Origin: Batkoa obscura
Lineage: Eukaryota
Assembly (NCBI GenBank): GCA_030770535.1
Contig: JASVEC010000001.1
Span: 744,001 to 808,000, forward strand
Reading direction: 5' to 3'
Length of the DNA: 64,000 bases
Position 1 is the stretch's first letter, and each line of letters opens with the position of its first letter. Under the pieces are notes generated by a model. It was given only the letters and a program-made list of their open reading frames with translations. It made no database searches and was not told where the DNA came from. Positions 48,955 through 60,590 of this stretch are shown piece by piece. The position numbers were made by a program, and so were the translations under genes.

Positions 48955-49213
48955 AAACTGATTGCATTTAGACCCTTTTATTTTATTTTAACTTGCTGTT
49001 AAGTTTTTATACACTGAATTTATGAACTATATTAATATATTAGTCAATATATGGGGATGTATTTTTTTGTTTAAGAATTTTACTAACAATCTTTCCACTC
49101 AAATAGTGCTTAAAAAATAGAAAAAGTGATGAAACCAAAACATCCTCATATATACATTACAAAAAAATAACGACAAATTAAAATAAACCAAAGCATCTAA
49201 ATGCAACCAGTTT
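48955..49213. mobile_element. fold-back element containing a nested family A MITE
   Basis: AAACTGATTGCATTTAGA...TTATTTTAACTTGCTGTTA pairs with TAACGACAAATTAAAATAA...TCTAAATGCAACCAGTTT. Confidence 0.65.
49052..49148 (+). mobile_element. MITE family A copy (nested)
   Basis: Matches the family A consensus and is very similar to the 42721 copy; TA flanks. Confidence 0.88.
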
Positions 49214-49388
49214 TATCAAGTGAAAACTTAAAAAGATGGTAATTTCCCTCATCTTATTTCAGTATTAGCAACCTCAAATATGGGCATAAATAAGATATCT
49301 AAATAGAAATTATTTTTTGCAGAAAAAATTATTAGGATATGGACACTCAAATGGTTTAACTGTGTAAAACTAACTTTTACCTTAATAT

Positions 49389-49488
49389 TGGGGAAGTATT
49401 TTTTTGTTTAAGAATTTTGCTAACAATCTTTCCACTCAAATAGCGCTTAAAAATGTAAAAAATAATGAAGCTAAAAAAAACACCCTAT
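49389..49488 (+). mobile_element. MITE family A copy
   Basis: Matches the family A consensus; AT flanks. Confidence 0.82.
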
Positions 49489-51604
49489 ATACTTATATTG
49501 AAAACATAAATATATATATTTGTTATAGACTAGACTTAACTTATTGATATTTCATTTTTTATTCGTAGTTTTTTAAATTCTTTATTAAATTTTTACAACA
49601 TTAGTCATTATTAAAAACGTCTTATATTTTGTTTATATAGTTTATTTTAAAAATATTTGTTAGTAATAATAGAAAATAAGAGTAAAACAAAATTTCTTGA
49701 ATAACATTTGATAATTTAAGATAGTTTTTCAACTCCTTTACTTTACTATCTATACCTTTTTCAAAAAGGCGTATTTGAAAGCATTCTAAACTTCTTTTAA
49801 AATAAGAATAAAAATAATGAAATCATTAAAAATATTATCAACGCTTTTAAAATATTTATTTATATTGATTAACAACTTTATAAACCATTTAAAAAAGTAC
49901 GTTTTTGAGATAATAACAGCTTATAGAAAATAGATAAGTGATTTTGAGCTTTATTTCAATGTTGATTAAAACTAAAGTAGAAGGTCAACCCCACAATGGC
50001 TGTTAAGATAAGCAAATGCATAAATTTAAATTTTACAAATATAGTAAATTAATCTATAAAAATAATTAATTGAAATTAGTCTAAGATTAATAAGATTTTA
50101 AAACTAGTAATGATTATTACTGTTTATAGTTTAATATGTTTAATAGTTAGTTTATTTTTATACAAGAAATCTAATTTATTGAAATTTCGCCATTAGTTTT
50201 AACTCAACCAAGCGATATACATTAAAATAGTTGTTAGTTTTTTTATTTTTGATAGTTAATTTTAATCAAGACAGAATTCAGTTCAACTTTAAAAATTTAC
50301 GTTATAAAGATAATATTTTTTAAACATTCAATTGACAAACTCTTTAACATACTGTGATCTATTTAAAAAAACATCAAGCGTTTAGCCCTAGATAAAACTC
50401 GCTTTAAAATCATATCTTTACTTATAGTTATTGCTAGACACATTGAAAGCTTTTTACTTTTTCAAGGATATAAAAAACGATAGCTTAATTTTTAATAATA
50501 ATTTGCAATACAATGATTTAGAGCAGAAATAGTTCCTTCTTGGAATACCAATCTAAATGTTACATATCGGAATTTTCTATTTATTTGAACCACTCATGTG
50601 CTTCGTCTACGATTGTTCTGTAGGAATATTTTTTAAAACCTTAAATCCGAAAAGCAGATATTTATTAACTCCATGATAATATCTATTCATTTTTTTATTA
50701 GCTTGAAAACTTCAATGCTGATACCTATCTAATATTTTGACATTTTTATTTTTATTAAATTTCTATGATATCAGTAATATATACATTAAAACATGCACCA
50801 ATATATTTAACTTATTTATAGTTATGTTCATTCAACAATCTTATGAATATTCTGAAGAATAAAAATGACGAATTTTTAATTAACGTAACTTTACAGGGAC
50901 TTTTAAGATATAAATGGCTAATATATGAAATACAGTTTCCATAATTGTAACATTGTGAGAATATAGGCATGATAACTTGATTAATAAAAAATTCTCTTTC
51001 CAAGATCATTGTTCCATTCTTTTATTAATAAAATATATTATATTCAAGTTTTATATTTAATTGTTAACATAAAGACTTTTTCTATAATAAATAAATACAA
51101 TAGTTAAACTCTATGGATTTAAGAGATTTAATAATTTGCTTTTTTTTTTAGAAATATTTTATTTTATTTTTGGCGGAGTAAACAGTAATACAACATACAC
51201 CGTTATTTGGTTAATCTTTTGTTTAAAAAAGTTGAACTGCATATTTAAATTTTTTAGAAGCTAAATAATCTCCTCCTTAATTCCTTACTTATGGCAAACC
51301 TTTAAAATGATTGGAAGTGCTCATTCTTTAGTACAGACTAATAAAATTGTTCATTCAAATAGGATCAAATGATCTCATTGGTTGGTTACTGGTATTTTGG
51401 GGTTTATCGAATTTAAGTATAAATATTAATTTAGTTCTCATCCACAAAAGTAATTCTTTTTTAATCAATTTAATAGTGTATTTTAATAACATTAGAAAAT
51501 ATCTATTAAACATTTCGTTTTAAAGTATCACGATAACTGTCTTTTTTGTTGTTTAATAGTATAAAAATAATATATATTTACCTAATTTTTTCAAATAATT
51601 TAAA

Positions 51605-54600
51605 ATGAAGCCTTTTGAATTAAAAGGTTTATTTTTCTTGTCCGATTGGTTTTATCTATGGGTATTTCCCTTAGTTGGTGCTCTTCTTCGCACTGATCTC
51701 AAAAAAATTCAAATCCTTTTGGCCAAGACCGAAAGAGCGGGCATTAACGGTGATAGCTTGGAAGCAGCTTGGCAAGACGAACAAGCTAACAGTACTAAAT
51801 CACCATCTATTTTAAGATCTCTTTATAAGGTTTATGGTAAAGCTTATATTTTAGTCGGTATTTGGAAATTAGTTTGGGCTCTTTTCACATGGTTGGGTGC
51901 CTACTATTTCCTTCAAGTTTCGCTTCAATACTTTGATAAAGTTAATTTCAACTGGAGTGAAACCGCTGGTTATTTATTCACTCTTGCTCTTTTCCTTTCT
52001 TCGTTATTTAGTTCAATTGCTATCCATCAACTTTATGGTCAATGTTCTCGTATTGGAATCCAAATTAAATCAGCTCTTACCGTTTTAGTTTACAGAAAAT
52101 CACTTATGTTATTCAGAGTTAAAGGTGGTGCTGGTGAGGTTATCAATGTACTTTCTACTGATGTTTCACGTATTACCGAAGCTGTAACTAACTTACATTT
52201 CCTTTGGTCTGCTTTAGTTGAAGCTGTTTTGATTCTTGGTATTTCCTTTGGTTTAATAGGAGTTGCTGCTTTTCCAGCTCTTGGTATTGTTATCATCCTT
52301 CTTCCTTTACAATACTATCTCGGTAAGAAAACTTCCGATCTCCAAGTTCAAAATACTGCTATTACTACCCATAGAGTTCATCTTATGTCAGAAATCTTGA
52401 CTGCAATTAAATTGATTAAATTCTATGCCTGGGAACAACCATTCTCTGAGAGAATTAACGAAATCCGTAAAAAAGAAATCAACCTTATTAAGCGTACAAT
52501 GCAAATCAAGGCTATTAACTTTGCTGTGGTATTTGCCGTCCCTGTTATTGTTGCGCTCTTATCATTAGTCACATTAACCTATACCAAGGAAAAACCATCT
52601 GCATCAATTGCCTTTACTATCCTTTCTGTTTTCAACACTTTACGTTATCCTTTCCTTATGTTACCTATGGCCGTAAAGAGTTACTCTGGTTCTATTTTAT
52701 CAATCAAACGTTTAAATGAATTTTTCACTCAACTTGAAATTGAAGGTTATGACCTTAACCAAAAGTCAGATCATCCAGAACTTGCTATTGAAATGAACGA
52801 ATCTTCTTTCTCATGGGAAGAAAATGATGACCACGCACCATTCTTACAAGATCTTAAATTGAATATAAAACACGGTGAGCTTATTGCTGTTGTTGGTGAT
52901 GTTGGTTCAGGTAAATCGAGTTTAATTGCAGCTATCCTTGGTCAAATGAGACAAGTAGGTGGTGAACGTTTAAAAGTTTATGGAAGTGTTAGTTATGTTC
53001 CTCAAGAAGCTTGGTTACTTAATATGATACTTCGTGAAAATGTAACCTTTGGGAAAGAGTTTGACAAGGCTCATTATGATGAAACAATTAAAGTTTGTGC
53101 TTTAGAAAGAGATTTGACTTTATTAGTTGCTGGTGATCAAACTGAAATTGCAGAACGTGGTTCTAATCTTTCTGGTGGACAAAGACAACGTGTATCCTTA
53201 GCACGCGCTGTCTATAACTTTGGTGATATTATTCTTTTAGATGATCCTCTTAGTGCAGTAGATCAAAATGTTGGTAGACATATTTTTGAGCAATGTATTA
53301 AAGGAAAGCTTTCTGAGAAAACAATTATTTTTGTCACTCATGCACTCCAATACTTACCTCAAGTGGACCGTATCATTGGAATGAAGGATGGTAAAATCAA
53401 TAAAGTTGGTACCTATGATGAGTTGATGGCAAAAGATGAAGAATTTAAGAACTTGATCAACTCACATGTTGCATCTGGAGAAGAAAGTGATGAAATTGAA
53501 ATCGAACATGCTGATCCTTCTAATGAAAAGGCTGTTGACAACACTATTTTAAATCAACTTTCAATTCAAGATAGAACTCAGTTATCAATCCGTGCTGATA
53601 ATCGTGATATTAATGAGGCCACTATTTCTTCAATTATTGAAAAGAATCAATTATCTGTTCTTCAAGGTCAAATTCAAGGCCATGATGTTGCCGCTGCCAT
53701 CCAACGCAATCAGCTTACTGTTCACTCTTTAGTTGAAGAAAAGAAAGAGATTTCTGCTGAACCTAAATCTAAAGAAGAGGATGATGCTAAGAAAGGAGCT
53801 TTAGTAACTGAAGATCTTTCTGCCTCAAAGATGGGTATACAGGATGTTGTACTTTATCTTACTGCTGGTTCTGGTATAATCATTACTGTTAGTATTTTTG
53901 CATACTTCTTCTTGGTTCATTGTGTACGTTTATTCTCTGATTTCTGGCTCAATTTCTGGATTCCAAATCGCCTTAACTTTGATCCAAAACTCAGTCTTGA
54001 TACCATCTATTTGGCATCTTATGCTGCTTTCACAATGGTATTTACTTTTGGTGTATTGACTCGTGGTTTAGCATTTGCCTACGAAGCTGCTAAGAAAGCA
54101 CACGTTCTCCATGATGATATGTTTGCTTCAGTAATGATGGCTCCAATGGGGTTCTTTGATACTACTCCTCTTGGTCGTATTCTTTCTGCTTTCTCTAAGC
54201 ATCAATTCCATGTAGATGACACAATGCCAGATGCTCTTATGCAATCTTTACAATATGCTCCATTAGCTGCCGGTGCTTTGGTATTAGTAGCTGCTGTTGT
54301 ATACTGGCCCAATGCTGTTGCTACTATTATTCTTGTAATCATTGGATTTAGTTTAGTATATTTCACCACTCCAGCTGAAACAAAACTTAAACAATTAGAA
54401 GCAGTAACAAAACCTCCAATTTATGCACATTTAACTGCTACCCTTGAAGGTTTATTTTCTATTCGTGCTTATCATGCCCAAAACAGATTTGATTCAATCA
54501 ATATTACACTTTTAGATGATAATCATAAAAATCTATATGCCCTCCAAACTATGAAAACATGGGTCGCCTTCTATCTTGATGTGTTGTCCTCATTCATTGT

Positions 54601-55711
54601 ATTTTTTACTGCATTATTCCTTGTTATGTTTTCAGATACTAGCAACCCAGCCCAAGCTGCTTCTAATGCAGGTTTAGCTCTTTCAAATGCTTTACAGATG
54701 TTAGTGTTCTTACAATGGACCATTCGTATGGTAGGTGATGTACAATCTCAAATGGGTAGTGTAGGACAACTTGTATACTATGGTAGAGATATTCCAGCTG
54801 AAGCACCACATGAAATAGCTGAAACAAAACCACGTGCAAGCTGGCCAGAAAATGGAGTAATTGAGTTCAAGAATGTAGTACTTAGATATCACAAATTTGG
54901 TGTCAATGTTCTCAAGAATGTAACTTTTACTATTCGTGAACGTGAAAAGATTGGTATTGTAGGACGTACTGGTTCAGGTAAGTCCACTTTACTTATTTCA
55001 TTACTTCGTATTGTCGAAGCTGCTGAAGGACAAATCCTTATTGATGGTGTTGATATCTCCAAAATTGGTTTAAGAGATCTTCGTACAAAAGTAGCTATTA
55101 TTCCACAAGAGCCAGTTCTATTTGTCGGGTCTATTCGTTCTAATTTAGATCCATTCAATACAAGTACCGATCTTGAAATTTGGAAAGCTTTAGATTCAGT
55201 TCATCTTTCTGATAAAATTCGTCAAATGCCCAACCAACTTGATTCTGAAGTTATAGAAAATGGAAAGAATTTCTCATTAGGACAACGTCAATTATTCTGT
55301 ATTGCACGTGCAGTACTTTCTAAATCTAAGATTTTAGTATTAGATGAAGCCACAGCTGCTATTGATATGGCTACTGATCTTTTAATTCAAAATGCTATCC
55401 GCGAGAACTTTGCTGATTTAACTGTGCTTACTATTGCTCATCGTCTTAACACAATCATTGATTCTGATAAAGTGTTAGTTATGGATGGTGGTAAAGTGAT
55501 GGAATTTGATGAACCAATTAAGTTACTTAATAAAGAAGATGGTTCTTTTGCTTCTTTAGTAGCACAAACTGGTGAAGCTACAGCTCAAAAACTTAGGGAA
55601 ATAGCACAAGGATCTAGTGATTCCCGTAGGGTTAGGTTAGGTATAACTGATGATCAAGATGATCACCATCCTGTTCTCTCTTCTGTATTCGTAGATCCTA
55701 AACAAGAATAA
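51605..55711 (+). CDS. ABCC/MRP-family ABC transporter (TMD1-NBD1-TMD2-NBD2, no TMD0)
   Basis: IKLIKFYAWE; NBD1 GDVGSGKSS, LSGGQRQR, LLDDPLSAVD; FFDTTPLGRI; NBD2 GRTGSGKS, FSLGQRQL, LDEATA, TIAHRL. Intronless. Confidence 0.95.
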   Translation: MKPFELKGLFFLSDWFYLWVFPLVGALLRTDLKKIQILLAKTERAGINGDSLEAAWQDEQANSTKSPSILRSLYKVYGKAYILVGIWKLVWALFTWLGAYYFLQVSLQYFDKVNFNWSETAGYLFTLALFLSSLFSSIAIHQLYGQCSRIGIQIKSALTVLVYRKSLMLFRVKGGAGEVINVLSTDVSRITEAVTNLHFLWSALVEAVLILGISFGLIGVAAFPALGIVIILLPLQYYLGKKTSDLQVQNTAITTHRVHLMSEILTAIKLIKFYAWEQPFSERINEIRKKEINLIKRTMQIKAINFAVVFAVPVIVALLSLVTLTYTKEKPSASIAFTILSVFNTLRYPFLMLPMAVKSYSGSILSIKRLNEFFTQLEIEGYDLNQKSDHPELAIEMNESSFSWEENDDHAPFLQDLKLNIKHGELIAVVGDVGSGKSSLIAAILGQMRQVGGERLKVYGSVSYVPQEAWLLNMILRENVTFGKEFDKAHYDETIKVCALERDLTLLVAGDQTEIAERGSNLSGGQRQRVSLARAVYNFGDIILLDDPLSAVDQNVGRHIFEQCIKGKLSEKTIIFVTHALQYLPQVDRIIGMKDGKINKVGTYDELMAKDEEFKNLINSHVASGEESDEIEIEHADPSNEKAVDNTILNQLSIQDRTQLSIRADNRDINEATISSIIEKNQLSVLQGQIQGHDVAAAIQRNQLTVHSLVEEKKEISAEPKSKEEDDAKKGALVTEDLSASKMGIQDVVLYLTAGSGIIITVSIFAYFFLVHCVRLFSDFWLNFWIPNRLNFDPKLSLDTIYLASYAAFTMVFTFGVLTRGLAFAYEAAKKAHVLHDDMFASVMMAPMGFFDTTPLGRILSAFSKHQFHVDDTMPDALMQSLQYAPLAAGALVLVAAVVYWPNAVATIILVIIGFSLVYFTTPAETKLKQLEAVTKPPIYAHLTATLEGLFSIRAYHAQNRFDSINITLLDDNHKNLYALQTMKTWVAFYLDVLSSFIVFFTALFLVMFSDTSNPAQAASNAGLALSNALQMLVFLQWTIRMVGDVQSQMGSVGQLVYYGRDIPAEAPHEIAETKPRASWPENGVIEFKNVVLRYHKFGVNVLKNVTFTIREREKIGIVGRTGSGKSTLLISLLRIVEAAEGQILIDGVDISKIGLRDLRTKVAIIPQEPVLFVGSIRSNLDPFNTSTDLEIWKALDSVHLSDKIRQMPNQLDSEVIENGKNFSLGQRQLFCIARAVLSKSKILVLDEATAAIDMATDLLIQNAIRENFADLTVLTIAHRLNTIIDSDKVLVMDGGKVMEFDEPIKLLNKEDGSFASLVAQTGEATAQKLREIAQGSSDSRRVRLGITDDQDDHHPVLSSVFVDPKQE

Positions 55712-56152
55712 TTCAAGTCAAAATAATAATAATAATAATAATAATAAAATTTCCCTTTTTTAATATTATAAATAATTTTAATATTTATAACTAGGTTTGA
55801 TGAGTTTATATTGTCTTTTATCGTTTTAAAAGCTCAATTTTAAAACGTTTAACAATGCTTAAAATTTTTCTTATAATTTATTTTTTGTTTATTTTTGGCT
55901 TTATTTATTACCAAAAAAATACTATAGCCTGTTCAAATTTATTCCTTCAGAGACATAATATGTTGGGGAATTCTATAATTAATAATTCAAATTTATGTTG
56001 TATAGAAAATAAACAACAAAATGAAAGATATTCCCACGTAAGTTTTTAAAATTTGTACCTAAAGTAAGCTAGAGTTTTTAATAAATAAAAATATTACTGT
56101 AAAATAACAATAGAGTAAAAAAGGTTATCCCCTTTTATTAAAAAAAGATCAT

Positions 56153-58086
56153 TTATTTATGTTTAAAAGGACAGATATTAATTGCTCTCTCTGGTGCATT
56201 AACGAGATACAATTTGGATTTTATATCCTCCTCATCTTTTAACTTAAAAGTAAAGTTATAAACCAATGACGCTGTAGCTAAATAAAGTTCCATCCAAGCT
56301 AAACTAAAAACATTAATATTAGTTCTAATATTACATATCAGCCAAAGGAAAATAATATTACTTTCTTCCAATGCATGCTCTTGGGCCAATTAAAAATGGC
56401 ATAAAATTTTTATGTAGTTGAAATTTACCATTTTCATCAAGCCACCGTTCTGGTTTAAATATATTAGGCTCTTTCCAATACTCAGGATTATTTTGAAGAT
56501 AATTTATATCAATATTAACAACCGTCTATTTAAAAATAATGTATCACTATTGTCATATCATTATGTTCTTTAAAAAATACCTTTTCTGAAATAAAATAAC
56601 CATCAATTACTTTACCACCTTTTGGTACTAATCTAGGTAAACCACAAGGTACAACTGGAAACATTCTTAAGCCCTCATATAATACTGCACGTAGATAATC
56701 ACATTCTTCTTTACATTTAATAAAATTTATTTGATTTTGATCTTCGAATCGTTCTTTTAAATGATTCTTTAATTTCATATAAATTTGCGGATGTTTAATT
56801 AAAAGATAAAGTATCCTATTAAATAACTTAATATAAATGAACAAATTATGCTTAAAACAATACCATGTCAATGAATTGGATGTTGTATCGGACCCTGCAA
56901 TTCTATATAATCCATTAGTATATTTATTGCTTACAACAATTGTTATGCTTACAACTGAAGGAGAGATTCTTCTACTATTTCTTTCTCACTAAGTTTTTTC
57001 CCTGTATCTGGATTGGACGCATTGATTAACGTATTTAAAATGGTAGTTTTATCTGAATTCCCTTTTGAAATTTCAATAGCTTCATATGAAAACTAATAAA
57101 ATGTTGTCAATTTTATTATATTATTTACTTATGGTAATTACTTTATAAAGTTGAGTTATAGTCTTAAATTTATAATATTTTAAGAATGGAAACGTTGCTA
57201 CCTTGAAATGACAATTATTTAGTTATTGCAACTACTAACGTTAATTGTTATTACCATAAGAGATATTAAGATAAATTGCTTAATCCAATCAATAACGGGA
57301 TGATGACCATTTTTCAATATATCAAAATGTTGACCAAAGGCTAAATCACCAATAACATCCTAATTAAATATGTTTAATAATTTAATATAATTAAATAATA
57401 GTAGTATTACAAATGAAAAACAATGAAAATAAAGACCTAGATCAAAATATTTGTTATTTGAACTCCTTTCTCCAACCTTTGTGATTAAGTTGTTAACATT
57501 TTCCTTTACTAAATACTCAACATCTAATATTGCTTTATCTGAAAAACTTGAGGAAAGCATTTTTTTCTAAATATGCTATTCAATAACCATTTGCTATATA
57601 TATATAATAATTACTCTTTCACGATGAAATTCCTTATTCCTATATAAACTTAATAAAAATAGTAACAATATGATTATGAACTCTATTTACCTAGTACTAA
57701 ATATAGTTTCACCAATAACTTGAATGCCATCATAAAACGTTGCTTTTTCAAAAGAATAAGTAGAATAGACTTCTTTTGCTGCACTATCAGATGCAATAGA
57801 TAGTTCATTCCAACCTTAAAAAATAATATTAATTTAACGTTAGTAATAAAATAATGCTATTACTTATTCGAACAATATTGCCATACTTTTGATGCAATCT
57901 TGTTGAGTATAAATGATAATTACCGCTAAAGGTATAAATTAAATGAATTATTGGAAAGATTAAATTGATTGATGGTCCTGGTACTTTTCTTAATGGATTA
58001 AAATATACATTATAGATTATACTATATACCCAATAAGCTAATAAGACAACTATTATATAATACAATATTAATGATAGTGTAATCAT
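56153..58086 (-). CDS. cytochrome P450 (multi-exon), paralog of the 23386-25347 gene
   Basis: N-terminal anchor followed by PLRKVPGP; AGSDTTS, EGLRMFP, FKPERWL, PFLIGPRACIGR, LAWMEL. Confidence 0.9.
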
Positions 58087-58470
58087 TTTTATTGCTTTTT
58101 TGTTGTTGTCGAAATTGCTTTAATTTATACTTATTAACTTTCAGGCCTGGACTTAAAATCTCCATATTTGATTTTTCATCCACACTTATCTAATTTCAAG
58201 TATGATAATATTGATTCAAGTTAAAAATTCCAGAATTTTACATCATTTTGATCATAAGCTTAATAAAAAAAGGTTACTATTATTTCATATGTAACATGCT
58301 TTTTTGAGCAAAAACTATTATTAAAAAATCTTCTAATATTTCAAAAACTCAATAAAATAAAGCTAATATTTAAACAAATGGATTTGTTTTTACCCTAAGG
58401 TACAGTTTTTTTTAAATATTTATGAAATTTCCAATGTAAGTAAAATATTATTAAAATAATAGTTTTGATT

Positions 58471-58618
58471 TGTAGCTGTTGCAGCTCTACTATGAATTAA
58501 TTAGTAATAGTTTTTAAGTCCAGTTGTTTGTTTGTTTGATTTTTTAAAGCATGGTTTTAGCAAAATTCTATTTATAAATAAACGGTTAATCTAGTCACAA
58601 TAAAGATACAACAGCCAT
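58471..58618 (-). mobile_element. MITE family B copy (diverged)
   Basis: Reverse complement aligns by eye with 23029-23191 and 60301-60461 (CAAACAAACAA..CTG..CT.AAA..TAT, TAGAG.TG.A.CAGCT). Confidence 0.55.
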
Positions 58619-58710
58619 TCTATATTTGAAATGAAAAAAATTTAAAAATTATTAAAATATTTATTAATAACAAACTTATATATGCCTACTATCACCAGTT
58701 TAATTATAGT

Positions 58711-59515
58711 TTATAACAGATATTTAATTGCTTTTTTTTAAAATACTGAGCTGCTTGATTTTACCAGTCATTGATTTATTATTTTAGTTTAATTAATTTA
58801 ATACAGTTTTATTAGTTTATAAACAAATATTTATAATATTTATTTGTTTAAATATCAATATAAATAAACTATTTTAAATAAAAGCTATTGACTATTGACT
58901 ACTAATTTAGACAAGCTAACTGTAGTTTTATTAATTTGTAATTATAATTAATATGTTTTCAATATAATAAATTATTAATTTTTTTTAAATTAAAAATAAA
59001 TGATAGTATTTTTTAAAATCAATTATTTGGCTAATTAATTTTTTTTAAATTTGGGGATGTATTTTTGTGTTTAAGAACTTTACTAACAATTTTTCCACTC
59101 AAATAGCGCTTAAAAAATGGAAAAAATAATGAAGCCAAAAAAAACACCCCCATTTGCTGCTTAAAAATCAAAGTTGTATTTAAGTTTATAATACTAAACT
59201 AAAAAGCTGTTATATAATTAATTTGTTCTTTTAAATTTAAATTTGCTATAAAATTTTTTGTTTTTTATTTTTTTATTTCAATAGTTTTTTTACATGATTT
59301 ATAACTATTACAAACTATTTCTTTATTAAATATCAAATTTCATAATATATATTTTTGTGTTTAAGAATTTTACTTTTACATCCCTCAAAAACATGTTTGA
59401 TTTTAATTTATAAACAGATATTTAGTCCAATTTCCCCTCAAATACTGAGTTGCCCGGTTTCACCAGTCATTAATTCATTAACTTTAGTTCAGTTAAACTA
59501 ATCATAGCCTTAGTT
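58711..59515 (+). repeat. diverged ~100-bp direct repeat pair (about 58711-58815 and 59409-59515)
   Basis: Both copies read AACAGATATTTA...AAATACTGAG.TGC..G.TTT.ACCAGTCATT.ATT.ATTA..TTTAGTT. Confidence 0.65.
59052..59152 (+). mobile_element. MITE family A copy
   Basis: Matches the family A consensus; TT on both flanks. Confidence 0.87.
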
Positions 59516-60300
59516 TATATTTTAAAATCAGGCCTCCAATATAATGCTTTTAGTTTAGCTTAGGGTGCAAAATTTTTGTTAAATTTAAAATTGTGAGTTT
59601 TAAAAATTTCTATCAGAACTAAATAAAACAAGGTCCAAATCCTGTCATAGCTATTTATTCGAAAAATTTAAACGAACTAAGAATATTTCTATAATAATTT
59701 TACTGAAGTGAACAATAAAAAATCCTAATTACTTTTATATTTGTATAAAACAGTAGGATCTAGTTAATAAAAATCTAAGAATTTTTACAAAAATCCAAAC
59801 TATCTTATATAAATCTGAAAGTGATTTTAGAATCCCATATTCAATGGGAGATTTTACAAATAATGTTTATTTACAAAGTTTTTGATTAACTAATTATAAG
59901 TAATTGTAGGCAAAAAAACTATAAAATTTCCAAATACTACTGAAAAATAAAACAAATTTGACAAAGATTATTTTTTGATAGTGTTTAACACTTTGCCTAG
60001 TTTTCTGTTTATAGTTGCTCAACATTCGGTTAGTAAAACTTATAAAAAAGGTTTAGTTTTAGTAAAAATTACTTAAATCGCTTTTTATAGTGGCTTTTAA
60101 ATTCTTAAGGAGACCGTATTTAGTATTAGGTAGATATGATATAATATTAACTACTACTTAACAAATTGAAATTTTATAGAAATAGAGAAGTTCATTGAGA
60201 AAGAGTAATCGTTTTTGTACAAATATCAATTTACAGTATTTTCAATCTATCGTGGTTATCAAGGAAATGAATTAAACAAACTGCTGTAAAATTTTCAATA

Positions 60301-60461
60301 CAGTTGTTTCAGCTTTATTGCAACCTGATTAACCGTTTTTTAAGAATAAAGTTTTGTTAAAATCAGGCTATAATTACAGTTTAAGCTATAAAAAAGTAAA
60401 CAAACAAAACTGGCTCTAAAAATTATCGCAATTTATATCAAATAGAGCTACATAAGCTTTA
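60301..60461 (+). mobile_element. MITE family B copy (diverged)
   Basis: Starts TA|CAGTTGTTTCAGCTTT; interior similar to 23029-23191. Confidence 0.55.
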
Positions 60462-60492
60462 TAATTTCAACTTTCAAATTTATCCATATATA

Positions 60493-60590
60493 TGGGGATG
60501 TATTTTTGTGTAAGAATTTTACTAACAATTTTTCCGCTCAAATGCGCTTAAAAGATGGAAAAAGTGATGAAGCCAAAAAAGACACTCCCA
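60493..60590 (+). mobile_element. MITE family A copy
   Basis: Matches the family A consensus; TA flanks. Confidence 0.87.

Noticed and set aside
51897..55158. Small alternative-frame and antisense ORFs inside the ABCC gene (likewise inside GluRS, RalGAP, OPT, MCT, SUT)
   Set aside because: They are fully overlapped by well-supported CDSs and have no independent evidence.
28187..60590. Family A repeats as a CRISPR array or tRNA-derived SINE
   Set aside because: Copies are dispersed, in both orientations and bounded by TIRs. There is no regular spacer structure, no cas gene, no A/B box and no poly-A tail.
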